Assembly (NCBI GenBank): GCA_002633005.1
Contig: NMRA01000289.1
Coordinates: forward strand, 158,792-222,791
DNA length: 64,000 bases
Source of the DNA: Phoronis australis
Taxonomy: Eukaryota; Animalia; Phoronida
Direction of reading: 5' to 3'
The translations under genes and the position numbers were made by a program. The notes beneath the pieces were generated by a model. It did no database searches. It worked only from the letters and a program-made list of their open reading frames with translations, and was not told the origin of the DNA. Below, piece by piece: positions 38,336 to 51,182 of this stretch (position 1 is its first letter; every line of letters begins with the position of its first letter).

Positions 38336-40740
38336 AAGGTTACAGACAGTAGATGAAAAACGAAGTTTAGGTACTTAAATAAATAAAATCAAAATTATTG
38401 GTCATCGACTTGGAAAGATTGTATTTGAACTTCCTCGATGTTTTTGGATTCCAGTAGTACTGCGCAATGAATTTTTGTTTTTCAAAACTGAATCGTTTGC
38501 TTGCATTTCCCGTGCATACTACACACAGGGAATTCGCGCATCCAGCCTAAAATTAAGGGGGGCTCGAATTTTTGAGGATGTGGACCTTTTACTAAAGAAA
38601 AAAACGAATGCCTGGTTCGTTCATGGCTAGGAATTGTGCATACGCCGTATCCTGCCTTTTTAGTGGACTTTTGTCTCGTTTTTTCTCGGATATTTTGTTT
38701 CTCTGAGGAGGACTCTTTTGCCCACATTGCCATCGAGCCCCCCGAGCCCCCCCTCCCCCCAAGTGCGCACATGCACGGAGGACGTCAGGAAAGGCACATC
38801 CATGTTAAAAATAAGATGTAACCATGCAATAGTCAGATCTGCTTAGAATCTCAGTTACCCACGGGAACTGAATTTGAACCCCAGACGTTGAAGTCTGTAT
38901 CATTTTCCCCAGCAACCAGAAACTGGACTACCGCCTGAGTTTCATCAAGGGATTCTGAAACGGCCATCAAGGCACCTCTGGACCTCACCTTTTCAAAAAT
39001 TACTTCAAAGAATCCCCATAATTGATGATAATAAAAGGAACCTTGACCTTCGATCCAGCTATACATTTAGTTACTTCAGGCAGCTCCCAGCTACCCGTCA
39101 GTGCGCTCGGGGCCTAGACGCATTCTTACTCTGGTTATCCTGAAAATAAAAGTTAAAGAAAAAGTCATAGTTCCAATGGTTTGTGAGGCCAGAACGCTAA
39201 AGTTTTGCTAGGTACTCAAATCCATAAAAAACGTAACGCTCTCGTGAGAAAATCAGAAAGGCTGGGATATAGAATCAAAGTCGTCAAATCATAAAAAATT
39301 AGCCGTTTTCAGACAGGTTTTAATAGTTGGTTTAATTAGTGGGGGCTGTTCAATGTCCCGTATAATTTTCATATTGTTTAGGAGACTGCAACTTATTCGG
39401 TGGGGCCTTTGTTTTTTGTAAATTTACAGTAGGCAAAAACCAAAATAAAATAAGAGAAGTTAAAAAATTAGAGAAAAACTAAAACTGTTGAACCACCTAA
39501 TTTATAGCACAAGTCACACATTTATGAGATAAGTAAAACAGGTCATCGGGTAATCACCGTTACTGTACAGGCTGTCAACTGGTATAAATAGGCACTTGGT
39601 AATTTATCTTCTCAATGGGCCTGCCGGTACCTCTATACTTGATGATTAGATACAAACGTTTTATATATGTTTTTTTCCGGGTTAAGGCAGCTCCAACTAA
39701 TCCTGGCACCATTACATAGAAAATGAAAAGCCTTACTACAACTTATACGGGTAATTATTGGTTTTTCAACAGGAAGCAACGACCGACGTACCAATCTTGC
39801 CCTCCCTTCTTCTCAGCAATGAACCCAATGATAGGAAGTACGTTTTATATAAAATTGGACTTGAATAGTTTAAACTCGGAGACCACATTTAGTTGACGCA
39901 GGATTAGAAACAGCAAAGTTGCTAATCTGCTTACAGTATTTGATTTCATCGCGAACTTCAAAATCACGTCAATGGTGGTGTGTCACTTACTATATCAATA
40001 AAAGTTTTGACAATTGTATTGATTGGGTACAGTTTACAATGGAGGCTGTCAATTAATATAAACAAGCATTTGGCAATTTATCTCCTTGATGGACCTACCT
40101 GCATCCCTACCATTGGTGATTAAGAACAAGTGTTTTGTTTCGTGAGTTTCAAAAATATTTTTGTTCCGAATATCTGACAATTAATCCATTAATGTTGTTG
40201 TTAATGTTCCCTTCCCAGTCAATAATTTCTACATTAAATTAGGTTACCTACAATGTTCCATTTATCATGAAAAGTAAACGGAGTAAAAATTGTTCTTAAA
40301 ACGGTTACAAACCCACACTGTCTAAGATGAAATTTTAATTTAGACCACTCACCGCTATAAATTTGGTCATTGAACTTGTCCCCCACCCCAGGGAGAATTG
40401 AATTATGGGTTTTATAAAGAACTGAAATTCGTTACTCCTCGAGACCATGTTCGGGGCATAAAATGACTCGCCGTGACAAGCCAACATGTACAGCCTGATC
40501 TCAAGCAATAACGAACAGTCAGTTCAAGTTCTTCCGAAGCCCCCGCCAAAATCACTTCCAATTTGACTAAGAAATTTGAGACCAGTGTCGTAAAATGACG
40601 GTAAGTGGTCTAATTCAAAATTTAAGTTTTGTGAGGCAAAGTCGGGTTCATTGTCGCTTTTGAAAGCTTTCATTCACGACTTTTGTTGGGGTGTTAGTTT
40701 TTTGTTACTCCGAAAGACCTTTACTGCAAAGGGATGTTAC

Positions 40741-41031
40741 TCAAAGGGCATCGTGCGGACGGCGTGCACTATTTTGTTCAATAATAGAGCCATCCAAATG
40801 GACAATGTAGTAAGGCTTTTTCGGATTACACGGCGATTGAACTCTCCTTTGTTGCAGAGATAAGGAAGAGCGTGACCTGATTTTGGAAATCAGGCACATT
40901 TTCGTGTCTGTCATTGGTGTCGGGAAAGCAAAGAATTTAAGATCAAGCATCCACTGGTATTTGTCCAGTTTATAAAACATTCTCACGTCGTAGTTGCAGC
41001 CCAATGTACAGTAGTAATACTTCGTTGGCAT
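40741..41031 (-). pseudogene. Possible degraded THAP-like N-terminus
   Basis: MPTKYYYCTLGCNYD..KFFAFP resembles a THAP start; the downstream C..HF is not recoverable. Confidence 0.4.
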
Positions 41032-42861
41032 TGGAAATGCAACCGAGAAAACAATTGTAAAGAATCAGACAACACAAATAACATGTGAAATTACACTGGC
41101 ATAAAAACGATGCAGCAAATATACAGCGAGATTCGGGTGTCTCTGTGTTATCTGGAATGGCCCTATTTCTTGTAACTGGCTACGCCAACATGAGTTGACA
41201 TATTGGATTTTTTCATAACTTGATTCATCGAATTAATTAAAAAAGTAAGTAAACGAGCTGATCAACAACCCTTCGGAGTGTCTTCTCATTAGAGTAACGA
41301 CCCTTAGTAATATACATGTAGACCCTTCGGAGTATAAGTTGTTATACAATTACATAACATTCCAATCCTTAGTACAAATCAGATTCAACTTCGATTATAA
41401 CGCATTAGCTATCCGTCATAGTGATTTATCGATCCGAAATCACTAATTGTCAATTTCGAACTGCCTATGCTTTATTGTGGATTTGCAATTTCTTATTGGA
41501 TCCATTCAAAAGATCAGAAATACATTTTGATAATAAATCATTTATTCCACAAACTTGCACTAGCTGGTGCGGGCTGACACAAATGAATTGTGAACTGATC
41601 GGTACACAAGTATTTATATCATTGTTGCAATTATTTCTAAATTGTTGCATAAAATAGTGATCTCTATTTTTCTTTTTGTTAATGCGTTAATCCGTCGAAC
41701 TCGCTTAGAATGTCATAAGGAGAAGGCAACTATGTTTTTGCTTTTGAAGGGAAAACTGCATTTGCGGTGACGTTTTTGTTGCCACCTCCGAATCAGCTGA
41801 ACATGCTTCTACAACTTTAACATCAGACTTAAATCGGCTATGAACACATACTGTCTCAGAAGCGAAGTTGTGATCTCTATACTGGTTCCTTATTCAGACG
41901 AGGAGTGATGTTTGAGTTCACAGAGAACTTTCAGTTTCTTGAGACCATACTTAATGCACAAATTAACAGGCTTTAATAAACCAGCTTGTAGAGTTTCATC
42001 ACCAACAACAAGGAACTGTCAATTCTTTTGAATACCTGAAATCATCTCCAATTTGTTGGATTATGGTCTAAAACAAAAGTTGATCTTGTAATGGAAAATA
42101 GGTTCATAACCGCTTTAATCATAAAACGACATTAACTCCGCGTTCCTTCGAAAAGTGCGTGTTTCATACTTAAACCATTTATGCTGTTGTTCTCAACTTG
42201 TACTTTGCTGAGATGAGAAGTGATTTTAGGTCTTGTAAACAACTCGCAAAAATAATGAGCTAGCAGGTTCTTTCCCGAAACCCAGATATCACGTCTATTT
42301 TGACTAATCAACATGTTGAGTTTCTATTTCTAAATCAAAGTTTTTTGTCAGTGAAGGCCACTTTGACTTGAGTGTTACTCCACTTCTCACAATGTCACTC
42401 GAGCAGAACAATTTGTTTTGTTTTCAGTGCACTTGGGCTTATATTTTCGTATTTCGTCAAGATTATCCAAAAAGGAACAGCATTGACCAGCAACTGAAGA
42501 AATGTTTTATGGAAATTACTGCAAATGGTGGAAATAAGGAAAATTTTGAAGTTGTCTCATTTTGGAGTTATTCACCTGACTCTAATGCTAACATAGGCTG
42601 GATGCAAGACTATTAGGTGGAAATGCGAGACTCGATTCTGTGACACGTTATTTACAGGGGCGGGGCAAGACCACTATACTTTTTGGCGCTAGACAGCTAT
42701 AGGTAAAAGTTCAAAAACATAGTTTCTGAGCAATGAGAAGGCGCTATGTTACGGTACGTGTCAACAGTGTTGACTGACATGGAAGGCGTGGCAATGGCCA
42801 ATTGGAATTCACTTGTATTAGTGACGTTTCAGCATGTTACTGTAATGAAGATTCGATTTGT

Positions 42862-42868
42862 TATAAAA
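42862..42868 (+). promoter_or_regulatory. TATA box of the secreted Cry-like gene
   Basis: TATAAAA about 65 bp upstream of the signal-peptide ATG at 42930. Confidence 0.5.
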
Positions 42869-42929
42869 TGCGGCTTGCTTGAACATTTGTCACTTGCCGT
42901 CTATTGCTGAAGTTGATAACGACGCAAAT

Positions 42930-43008
42930 ATGAAGTTAACGTGGTGTTACACGTCTCTAGCGATGTTGCTGGGATCAGCATGGTTTATCGAGGAAATACG
43001 TTCAACAG
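42930..43008 (+). CDS. Secreted Cry-like/FN2/kringle protein, exon 1 (signal peptide)
   Basis: MKLTWCYTSLAMLLGSAWFIEEIRST, then G|gtgatt, phase 1. Confidence 0.65.
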
Positions 43009-43139
43009 GTGATTAGTCTACGAAAGTTCATTTTGCTTCTTACTTAATTTGTACTTAAGATTTTCATCTGAGAAAAAGGACACACTTAGGTAAATAGAGC
43101 AATTAACAGACAAATGTTTGGCAGTGTGAGATGTTACGG

Positions 43140-43290
43140 AGAATGTACGTCGGAATGTGTACAACGTACGCCTATATGAATACGGAATGTGTACAACGTA
43201 CGTTTATATAAATACGGAATGTGTACGCCGTACGCCTATATAAATACGGAATGTGTACACCGTACACCTACATGTATATAAATACGGAAG
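43140..43290. repeat. ~32-bp minisatellite in intron 1
   Basis: About 4 copies of CGGAATGTGTACAACGTACGCCTATATAAATA. Confidence 0.85.
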
Positions 43291-44551
43291 TATCCGCCTT
43301 ACACACAACGATATTATTGTAGTTTGCTTCGACCATAATTCAGAAATTTGAATCCCAAAACTTGATCTTTCAACGAATTTTTGTTGACATTTAAAGCCGC
43401 AGGTACGTTTCCTTCTCTATACAAGTGAATTCGCCCCAAAGCTGCAACCTTTGTTGTTCTTTTTACGCCTTCGCTTGTCTGGCCCTTCCGACTATCTCCC
43501 AATCATATCCCAACTGCCGACTGATGCTATTATTTTGGCCCAGAATTTCATAGAATCATCGTCGAAACTTTACGTGACTCAAGGCTACTATTCCTTCGTT
43601 TCAATTTCTATAAGTACACGGACGTGTAATGTCGCTAAAATTTCCTTAGGTAGATACAAGTAGGCCTATACACAATCTGTATGTTCTTGTACTAAGCCCA
43701 CACCCGTATATGCGAAATAATGCGTTTTTAAAAAAATATTTTCGCTCAGGGGTTATAACAGTTGCTTCTTGCTAATGGGTATATCTTTTGAAACCTCGAT
43801 GCTGTTTTGTGTTTTGTCGATTCCTGTTACTTTTTTAAATAACACTTCATTTCAAATTGAAACCTCGCCAGCATCTACCCTTTTGCACCGGATTAGTCAG
43901 CTCAAACTAATATTTTATTTTATAAACAAGTGCTTTGCGTTTCGATCAGTTGTTCGCATGTTGGTTCATGCTCCGAAATCTGGATATAACAGTTTTATTA
44001 ACATCAAGCAGGGGCAAATACGGTATTAGTAACTTTGCTGAATTTCGTTGGTACGGCCTATTTATGCCTCCAAAAATATATTTGCCATCGCCAGGTTTCC
44101 TTCGGGAATCTGTTTTGTTTTCATGGTTGTTAAGAATCTATCGTATACCACCATCCTGCGTATCTCGGACAATCTTCTAACTGCAATTATGCCGCAACCT
44201 TCTCACGACGTCATTTTTGTATGCTGCTGGTATTTTTTATTCACTCGAGCAATAATCATGTTATTGAAACTGAAAACTTTAATATCCCGTAATGAACTGG
44301 ATAGCCATCAAATTTCGAATCGATGGTACGATTAACACAGCACTGCTTTATGAACCTTAGCAGTAGTCGTGAGCTAAGCTATGGGCACTGAGAATTGGGT
44401 TGAGACCAGTAGCCTCAAAATCTCGAGTGCTTCGCTTGTGCTTGGGTTTCGCGAGTCTCGCGTCTTTAAATGCACTCCAGTTTGCAGTCATAAAAATATC
44501 TGGCTATTAATGTTGTATTACGCATCGTAACAAGGATGTGTTCTTTAACAG

Positions 44552-44854
44552 TTGGTGATACAAGAGTGTGGGTGACTGGATTCGAGAAAGTGAAAGAATC
44601 TTGCCTGCCAATTGGAGGACTGGCCAATCCGGACGAACTTCCTTTTCCATTCGAAACCATAGACGAATGCGAAAAGGACACGTTTTCGTCAAAGTTCAAT
44701 AACAACTTACAAAGATGGGAAGGGTTTGTGCTCGACAACGGGAAGTGTTTCAAGGTATGGGCGCGGTCGGTGTCCAACCCTTTCTCATTGACATCCGAAG
44801 CAAAATGTGAACAGGAAATGAAGGAAATGAAGACGGCACTTGTCGCAGTGGAGG
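44552..44854 (+). CDS. Exon 2 (putative propeptide, 4 Cys)
   Basis: ctttaacag|(V)GDTRVWVTGF...TALVAVE G|gtagga; 303 nt open, phase 1-1. Confidence 0.7.
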
Positions 44855-45077
44855 GTAGGAAATCTAAAACCTTGTTAGTCCCTTAAAATAGTCTATAAGT
44901 CTTGTTAGATCTAGTCTGACATGATAAGTTGGCGGACTCAGAGAAATTTTGAAGTGGGATATGAGTGCAGTGCGGAATGGAATTCAAACACGTTACACGA
45001 AATTCTATTAACGCATGAAAACCAGTTCCACAGAATGTGATACAAATTAAATGAAATAACTGTCTTCTTTTTTCCAG

Positions 45078-45107
45078 GAAGAGGCAAAATGAAACGCGTT
45101 TCTACAG
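45078..45107 (+). CDS. Exon 3 (30-nt micro-exon carrying the KMKR convertase-type site)
   Basis: ctttttttccag|(G)RGKMKRVST|gtatg, phase 1-1. Confidence 0.7.
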
Positions 45108-45461
45108 GTATGCCTTCTTATTCATTATTATATATTCGCTTTCTTAACTTATGAGACTCGCAAATTTACTGGAAGCTTGTGCTAAATTGACAACGTCAAC
45201 TTCTCGGCAAGTTCTAGTTGATTGTGTAACACGAAATGAGAAACACGTTTGCTTTAGACAAAAGACTGCATAACTATAGTACCCATAACCCAATTGAAGA
45301 GATTTTGTTTTAACGTTTTAATACAAGTCGAAGTAATGAGCGACTTAATTAGTTTTTCTACTAGTCTGCACATAGTGACGCTTTCGTTGAAAAAGCGAAA
45401 CTTGATAGATGGGTATACAGATGAAGATTTCAAAATAGAGATGTTGCGTTTTATTTTGTAG

Positions 45462-45610
45462 ATGCTTTGACAGTCGGAAAATTTGCTCTTGAGTTGATGT
45501 TTACCGCGTTGACGTTTGCAGACCCGCTGTTTGTATTGTTCATACCGTTTTTAAATTACCTGTGGCCGACTTCGTCCTCTACAGACGCTTGGAAGAAAGA
45601 AAGAGCTACG
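45462..45610 (+). CDS. Exon 4 (hydrophobic helices, start of Cry domain-I-like region)
   Basis: ttttgtag|(D)ALTVGKFALELMFTALTFADPLFVLFIPFLNYLWPTSSSTDAWKKERAT|gtacga, phase 1-0. Confidence 0.75.
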
Positions 45611-46129
45611 GTACGATTATGCAACACTGGCACAGTCATTAAAATCTGATTATTTTCGTGCACGCCTCAGTAGTCAAAAAACGGTGTTAGTGTAGGCCCA
45701 TGGTAAAACTACATTACAATGGTACAGCTTTTCATGCTATATTTAAGGCTTTTGGTTGTTGTGTTCTGTGGTGAGGTTTAACGCCAAAAGATTTAAATTT
45801 CCTCCAGCTACAGATATCGAAATATTGTAACCAAATTTATGTTGCAAGTAGTTTATTTCAACTTCAATTTAGCAAAACAAAGTCAAAGGAACATGAATAT
45901 TGGCGTTCAATATCCAGCTCAAATAAGGTCTCAAATTTGTAATGAGGGGCACATCCGAGAAAAACTTCCTTTTACTTCGAGTTATATGTTGATGCTTATA
46001 GTACTTTACAACTGGCACGCAATCAATTCATCACACTTTAAACACAACAATATCCAGATGTGCAACATTAACACCTTTATTATCTCTACTGACCCTACCC
46101 AATCCCCCTTCTAAGTCACAGCTTACATT

Positions 46130-46810
46130 CTACTCCTCTACAACCTCCTCCATCTCATCATTTTCCTCTTTCCAGCTTCCCCTTCACCACTATATCCTCC
46201 TCTTCGTCCACCAAGGCGTCCTCCGTCTCCTCCACTTAGGGCCCTTCTCTTCCTCCACCAAGGCGTCTTAGTCCTCCTATACCAGGGCGTTTTCCTCTTC
46301 CTCCACCGACGCTTCCTCCTCTTCCTCGACAAAGGAGTCCTTTTTTCATCCACCGAAACGTCCTCCAATTGCTCCACGAGGGCTTTCTTCTCTAACTCCA
46401 CGTGGGCGTCATCCTCCTTCTCCACCAAAGCGACCTCCTGTTCCGCCACTAGGGCGTCCATCTCTTCGTCCATCGAGGCATCCTCCTCCTGTTCCTCCAT
46501 TAGGATGGCCTTATATCCCTTCCCCAGGGGGGCTTCCTCGTCCTCCACAGAGGTGTCCTTTTATTCATCCATCGAGGTGTTCTACTCTTCCTCCAGCCTG
46601 ACATACTTCTTTTCCTGCGCCAGTACGTCCTTCACTTCCTCCATCAGGGTGTCCTCCTCTTCCTCCACCGTGATGCCCTCCTCTTCCTCCACCGAGGCAT
46701 TCTCCTATTCCTCAGCCACCGTATCCTATTCTTGTTTGCCAACCAACACCACCGTTCCTTCCCATTCACTCCCTCTGCCCCGTCCACTACATCTCCATCT
46801 CCTCTTGTTA
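46130..46810. repeat. Pyrimidine-rich degenerate minisatellite (TCCTCTTCCTCCACC..GGCG units) in intron 4
   Basis: Low-complexity 21-24-bp periodic units; they give spurious Glu-rich and Ser-rich ORFs. Confidence 0.7.
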
Positions 46811-46854
46811 TTCTTTTAGTGTGCTTGACTTTCATTACCAGTCGTCTTTTTAAG

Positions 46855-47138
46855 GTAAGAAAGATGATTAACCAGAAAATGAATGAAGCGTACGCGACAG
46901 AGTTGGAAGAGTTTTTGAAAGATTTGAAGCGAGAAATGAATAATTACCGAAACTTGCCAGCTAAAAGTCCTCACAAGGCGACAAAACTTGTTGCCCTTGA
47001 TACGAGTTTGGGTCTAGAAGAAAGTAAATTCATGAACAGGAAGGACCCAATTTCAACACTGACGTACTACACAACTTATGTGACTACGAGGCTGGTAGTT
47101 ATAAGGGAGTTAATACAAGTTACTAAACCAATAGAGAA
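46855..47138 (+). CDS. Exon 5 (core of Cry/delta-endotoxin domain-I-like helical bundle)
   Basis: ctttttaag|VRKMINQKMNEAYATELEEFLKDLKREMNNY...KFMN..ISTLTYYTTYVTTRLVVIRELI..IE|gtaagt, phase 0-2. Confidence 0.78.
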
Positions 47139-47829
47139 GTAAGTAGCACGCTTTACATTGTGTGTTTGTTCCATTTAGTACACGAGTATAAGGACTGGAT
47201 TACTGAAAAATTGTGATGAGTTGAATTGCCCACTCAGTAAGACGGATATCCTGTAAATTTCTTATCACAAAGTCGAATTCAGTACTGTGCATGCACAAGC
47301 TCACGACCACTCAATAATATGTGCAAAATGTTCTAAGACTTGCAATAGTCTCCGTTTAGAGGACCTTTAGCGGCATCTGCCGTTAGCGGCTGAGGAAACC
47401 TAACTGGCGGCAAAAGAGCTTTTCCTTAAGAATAAGTCATTATTCGGGAGGTATATTTATAACATTGTGCCTCCAGCAAGCAGTCGTAGCAACAATATCA
47501 GTAGCAGTAACAATATTAGTAGTGATTTATTTACTTAAAACCCACAAATTCATTGGATTCGGATACATAGTCGTCAACGAAGTCACAATTAAGAGATTAT
47601 TCTATTTCCGGAAACTAGAAATAACCCTTCAATAAATTGACATTTCCGTGAATTTTGAGCAAGTTCGGGCAAATATACGTGTTATCAAGTCTCGACGCAT
47701 AACAGCTAAAGCTTACGTCTTTGTCAGTAGGCTTGGCTGATATTTGTCTCCTGCATTCCCACCCCTAGTAATGACGTCCAGATAACACTTGCTATTAGAA
47801 ATGATAGTGTCAACCCGTCTCCTTAACAG

Positions 47830-47954
47830 GCAACAGCACGTTCGAGAATTTCTCATCTTCGCTAAGCGTCACATCATATTTCTGGGCCAAATAGCCTATG
47901 ACATATTCCCGAAGTGGAGGAAATCGAAGGTGAAGTGCTGGGAACAAGTACAGC
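47830..47954 (+). CDS. Exon 6 (amphipathic helix)
   Basis: ctccttaacag|(K)QQHVREFLIFAKRHIIFLGQIAYDIFPKWRKSKVKCWEQVQ|gtaagt, phase 2-1. Confidence 0.65.
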
Positions 47955-48579
47955 GTAAGTATTTTGCTCATTGTCGATGAGAATGGTAACACCGCTGCTT
48001 GCGTACTAACATTCGCTCTTCTTCCACTTCAACCATGAACTATCAAGTGCGTCGTTACTCTGCGTCTTGCTTGTAATCTGTAACAATATGAACAACGGGA
48101 GCAAATTAAGTCACACACTGGCATTAAGTGTATAAAGCTTTTTTCCAGATTTGAGCTAATTTGAGTTTTCAGGTGAAGGCGAAAGAGATTCCTGATACAT
48201 GTAGCTGGGGTTGCTTAGTGAGAGATTTTAACCTTTGCTATGTTTTATTGTGGTGGTTGAGTGGAAGAACAGGCGTCGGCATCATTTAAGTTGTATCTTG
48301 CACCTGTTGAGCGGCCATTGTGAATTCTTAAGCGGAGTGCTTTGATGTTTGAAACATTACCACGCTCATTCAATCTTGAGTTCTTTCCGAATGAGCCATT
48401 AAATCAACTAGCAAGCAATTTTTGCTTGCGCCATTTTACAATCTGCAACTTTAAGGTTTGTTAACCCTAATAAACACTGAAACGTTTTCTTGAGTCGATG
48501 TTCTCGATGTTCTTGATGATCACGGAAGTAGCGTCATGCCACGTCAAGGAATGTTATAGGACTGATTTCATTAGTTTTT

Positions 48580-48644
48580 TTGTGTGTGTTTGTGTGTCTG
48601 TCTGTCTGTGTGTCTGTGTTTGTGCGTGTGCGTGCATGCGTGTG

Positions 48645-48694
<50 letters not shown>
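48580..48694. repeat. (TG)n microsatellite
   Basis: Directly visible. Confidence 0.97.
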
Positions 48695-48697
<3 letters not shown>

Positions 48698-49247
48698 CAC
48701 GCAAGCACGTACGCCATATGTTGTCTCAAGCAGTTGCATACTTTCCTGGCTATCGCGAATTTTCGATAATAGGCCCACGAGCGTATATACGGAAAACGTG
48801 TCAATCAATATGATGCAGTTTTGTTAAACAAAGTTAAACATTATGAAAAATGCAATGCCTGGTCAGCCTTGCTGGACTTTTGATACCCTCTAACAAGCGC
48901 CACATGTACTGCAAAATATACTAGCTTTCGTTAGCAATGTGACAGAGTGTAGACACGGATTGGTTCCCGATGACGACTTCCGGCTCACAGCCATTCGGGG
49001 TTGAATCCTTAATTAGGTCTAAGACACTCATGAGAAAAGATATTGCGATCACGTGTTTCGCCTGTAATGCATGGCCACATCTCATGGCAAACTTGCATGA
49101 TCTTGCAAAGCCTCGTCCCCAAGCCTCAAGATGGTGTTGATCGATTTAGACACTTTTAAATTGCTAAACCTTAAAAAAACTACCTGAGGGAAATTAGGTC
49201 GCAAGCTTGTCGCATAGATATTGGTAGATACATGTAGGCGCATCCAT

Positions 49248-49282
<35 letters not shown>

Positions 49283-51182
49283 TTAGTGTGATATTTAAAA
49301 TGAGGGTGGCCTCTTCAGTGAAAGCACTGCTTTCCAAGAGGGCCCTCAACAAGAAAAACAGTAATATAATACAATGAAATATACGTAACAAAGATACAAT
49401 TAAAACAGGTAAGGTTGAGAATTAAGACAATAACTAAATGACAAATAATGGTAAAAATTTAACTAAGACAGATGAAATAAATTAAGAGATGACTCTAAAC
49501 AATGAGAGTATTTACGACAATGAAAAATGACATGATTAAGACAGGCAGGGTATAGAAGGTTAAGTAAATTACAGCCACTTTTTAACATTAACTTTAAAGG
49601 TAGTTTTTGAATTGGACCGTTTAATTTCTGGGCTAAAAGAATTCCATATTATAGCAGCTGCATAGATAAAATATCTCTTGCCCGTCTCGGTTTTAATTTT
49701 TTTAGAAGAAAAGTTGCCAGCAACAGAAGAATGTGTAGAATAAACAGCCTGACTGCTATTGAATTTACTGCTGAGATATGCTGGAGCCAAGCCATTGATA
49801 CATCTGTATATAGAACAGGCAGAGAGATATTTATTTCTTTGTCTTACTTTCATAAATCCCAGCTTGGAATACAAGTCGTCAACCCTAGTGTCCCTAATTT
49901 TAGTACCCAGGATAGCCCTGGCGGCTCTATTTTGGATTACTTGGACTTTGTTTACAAGTGTGTCACTAGTGTGCTCCCAAACCGGTAAACAATAATCAAT
50001 ATGAGGCTGAATAATAGAATGGTAAAGGGTTTAAAGAGTACGGAAATTTGCATAGACGTTTAAGTAGACCGATTTTCTTTGATAATTTCTTTGTGATATG
50101 ATCTATGTGCATATTAAATTTAAGATTGGGCTCTTAAGTAAGGCCCAAGTACTTAAACTTGTCAACATTCTCGATGGGAGAACCGTTGATAGAAAGGGAT
50201 AGTTTTTGTTGTTTTAATTTCTGGTGGGTTCCAAACAGCATCGACTTGGTTTTACTAACGTTAAGAATGAGTTTATTTTGAATCAGCCAGTCATGGATAA
50301 TGGCTAGCTCATTGTTGAGAGAAGTTTCGAGATCTTTTACTGATCCAGCTGTGGACGTAATTGCAGTGTCATCAGCGTATAAAACTGGGACACTGTTGTG
50401 GAGGACAGTAGGGAGGTCGTTAACAAAAATAGTGAATAATAAAGGGCCCAAAATGGAACCCTGAGGTACCCCTGTTATTACGGTTGAGTAGTCAGAAAGT
50501 ATACCGCCGTATTTGGTGGCCTGTTTACGGTCGTATGAGTAGTATATAAACCAAAGGAGTTCGTTATCATTAACTCCATATGACTCTAGTTTCTGCAATA
50601 GGATATCATGGTCCACAGTATCAAAGGCTTTCTTAAGGTCAACAAAGACAGCACCAGTTAGCCTCCCCTGATCCATATTATTAAGGATTAACTCAGTAGC
50701 ATGAATGTTTGTAGTAAGAGTGGGATGCAAGGGGCGGAAACCAGACTGTGCTGCCGTGAGAAGGGAATTTTGCTCCAGGAACTGGTGAAGCTGCTTTTGA
50801 ACACACCTTTCAAGAACTTTGGACACTGCAGGGAGGACCGATATTGGTCTTTAATTTTCGCAACTTGACTTTTCACCATCTTTAAAAACAGAAGTAACAA
50901 CTGCCATCTTCCATTCTCTAGGAATTGTGGCCGTATTTAAACTTAAATTCATGATGTTGGTAAGGGGCTCAGCTATTTGTTGAGACGCCAGTTTTAATAG
51001 TTTGGCATCAATGCTATCGATGCCACTGACACTACTAGAGTTCAAAGTTTTTATTTGTTCTCGGACGTAGTCAACTTGAATGTCTTGAAACTTAAATGAT
51101 ATTCCCTCTTGTGTCTTGGGTGGGAGCTCAATAGTTGACATAGTGAAATTCTCAGCAAGTTTTTGGCCGATGCCAGTAAAAA
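49248..51182 (-). mobile_element. Non-LTR retrotransposon (CR1/L2 group) 3' portion with RT, antisense in an intron; 5' end runs into the N gap
   Basis: RT motifs QSGFRP, FVDLKKAFDTVDH, GVPQGSILGPLLF, LYADDT, FKYLG; several stops and frameshifts; 3' stem-loop (GAGGGCCCTCTT..AAGAGGCCACCCTC) and (TAAA)n tail at 49248-49283. Confidence 0.92.

Noticed and set aside
38850-38940. tRNA gene or tRNA-derived SINE on minus (GGTTCAAATTC B-box-like)
   Set aside because: No cloverleaf or clear A-box; too degenerate to support.
43140-43290. CRISPR-like regular repeats
   Set aside because: Contiguous tandem units without unique spacers, in a eukaryotic intron; no cas genes.
48498-48827. Cys/Val and His/Thr-rich ORFs
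   Set aside because: Translations of the (TG)n microsatellite.
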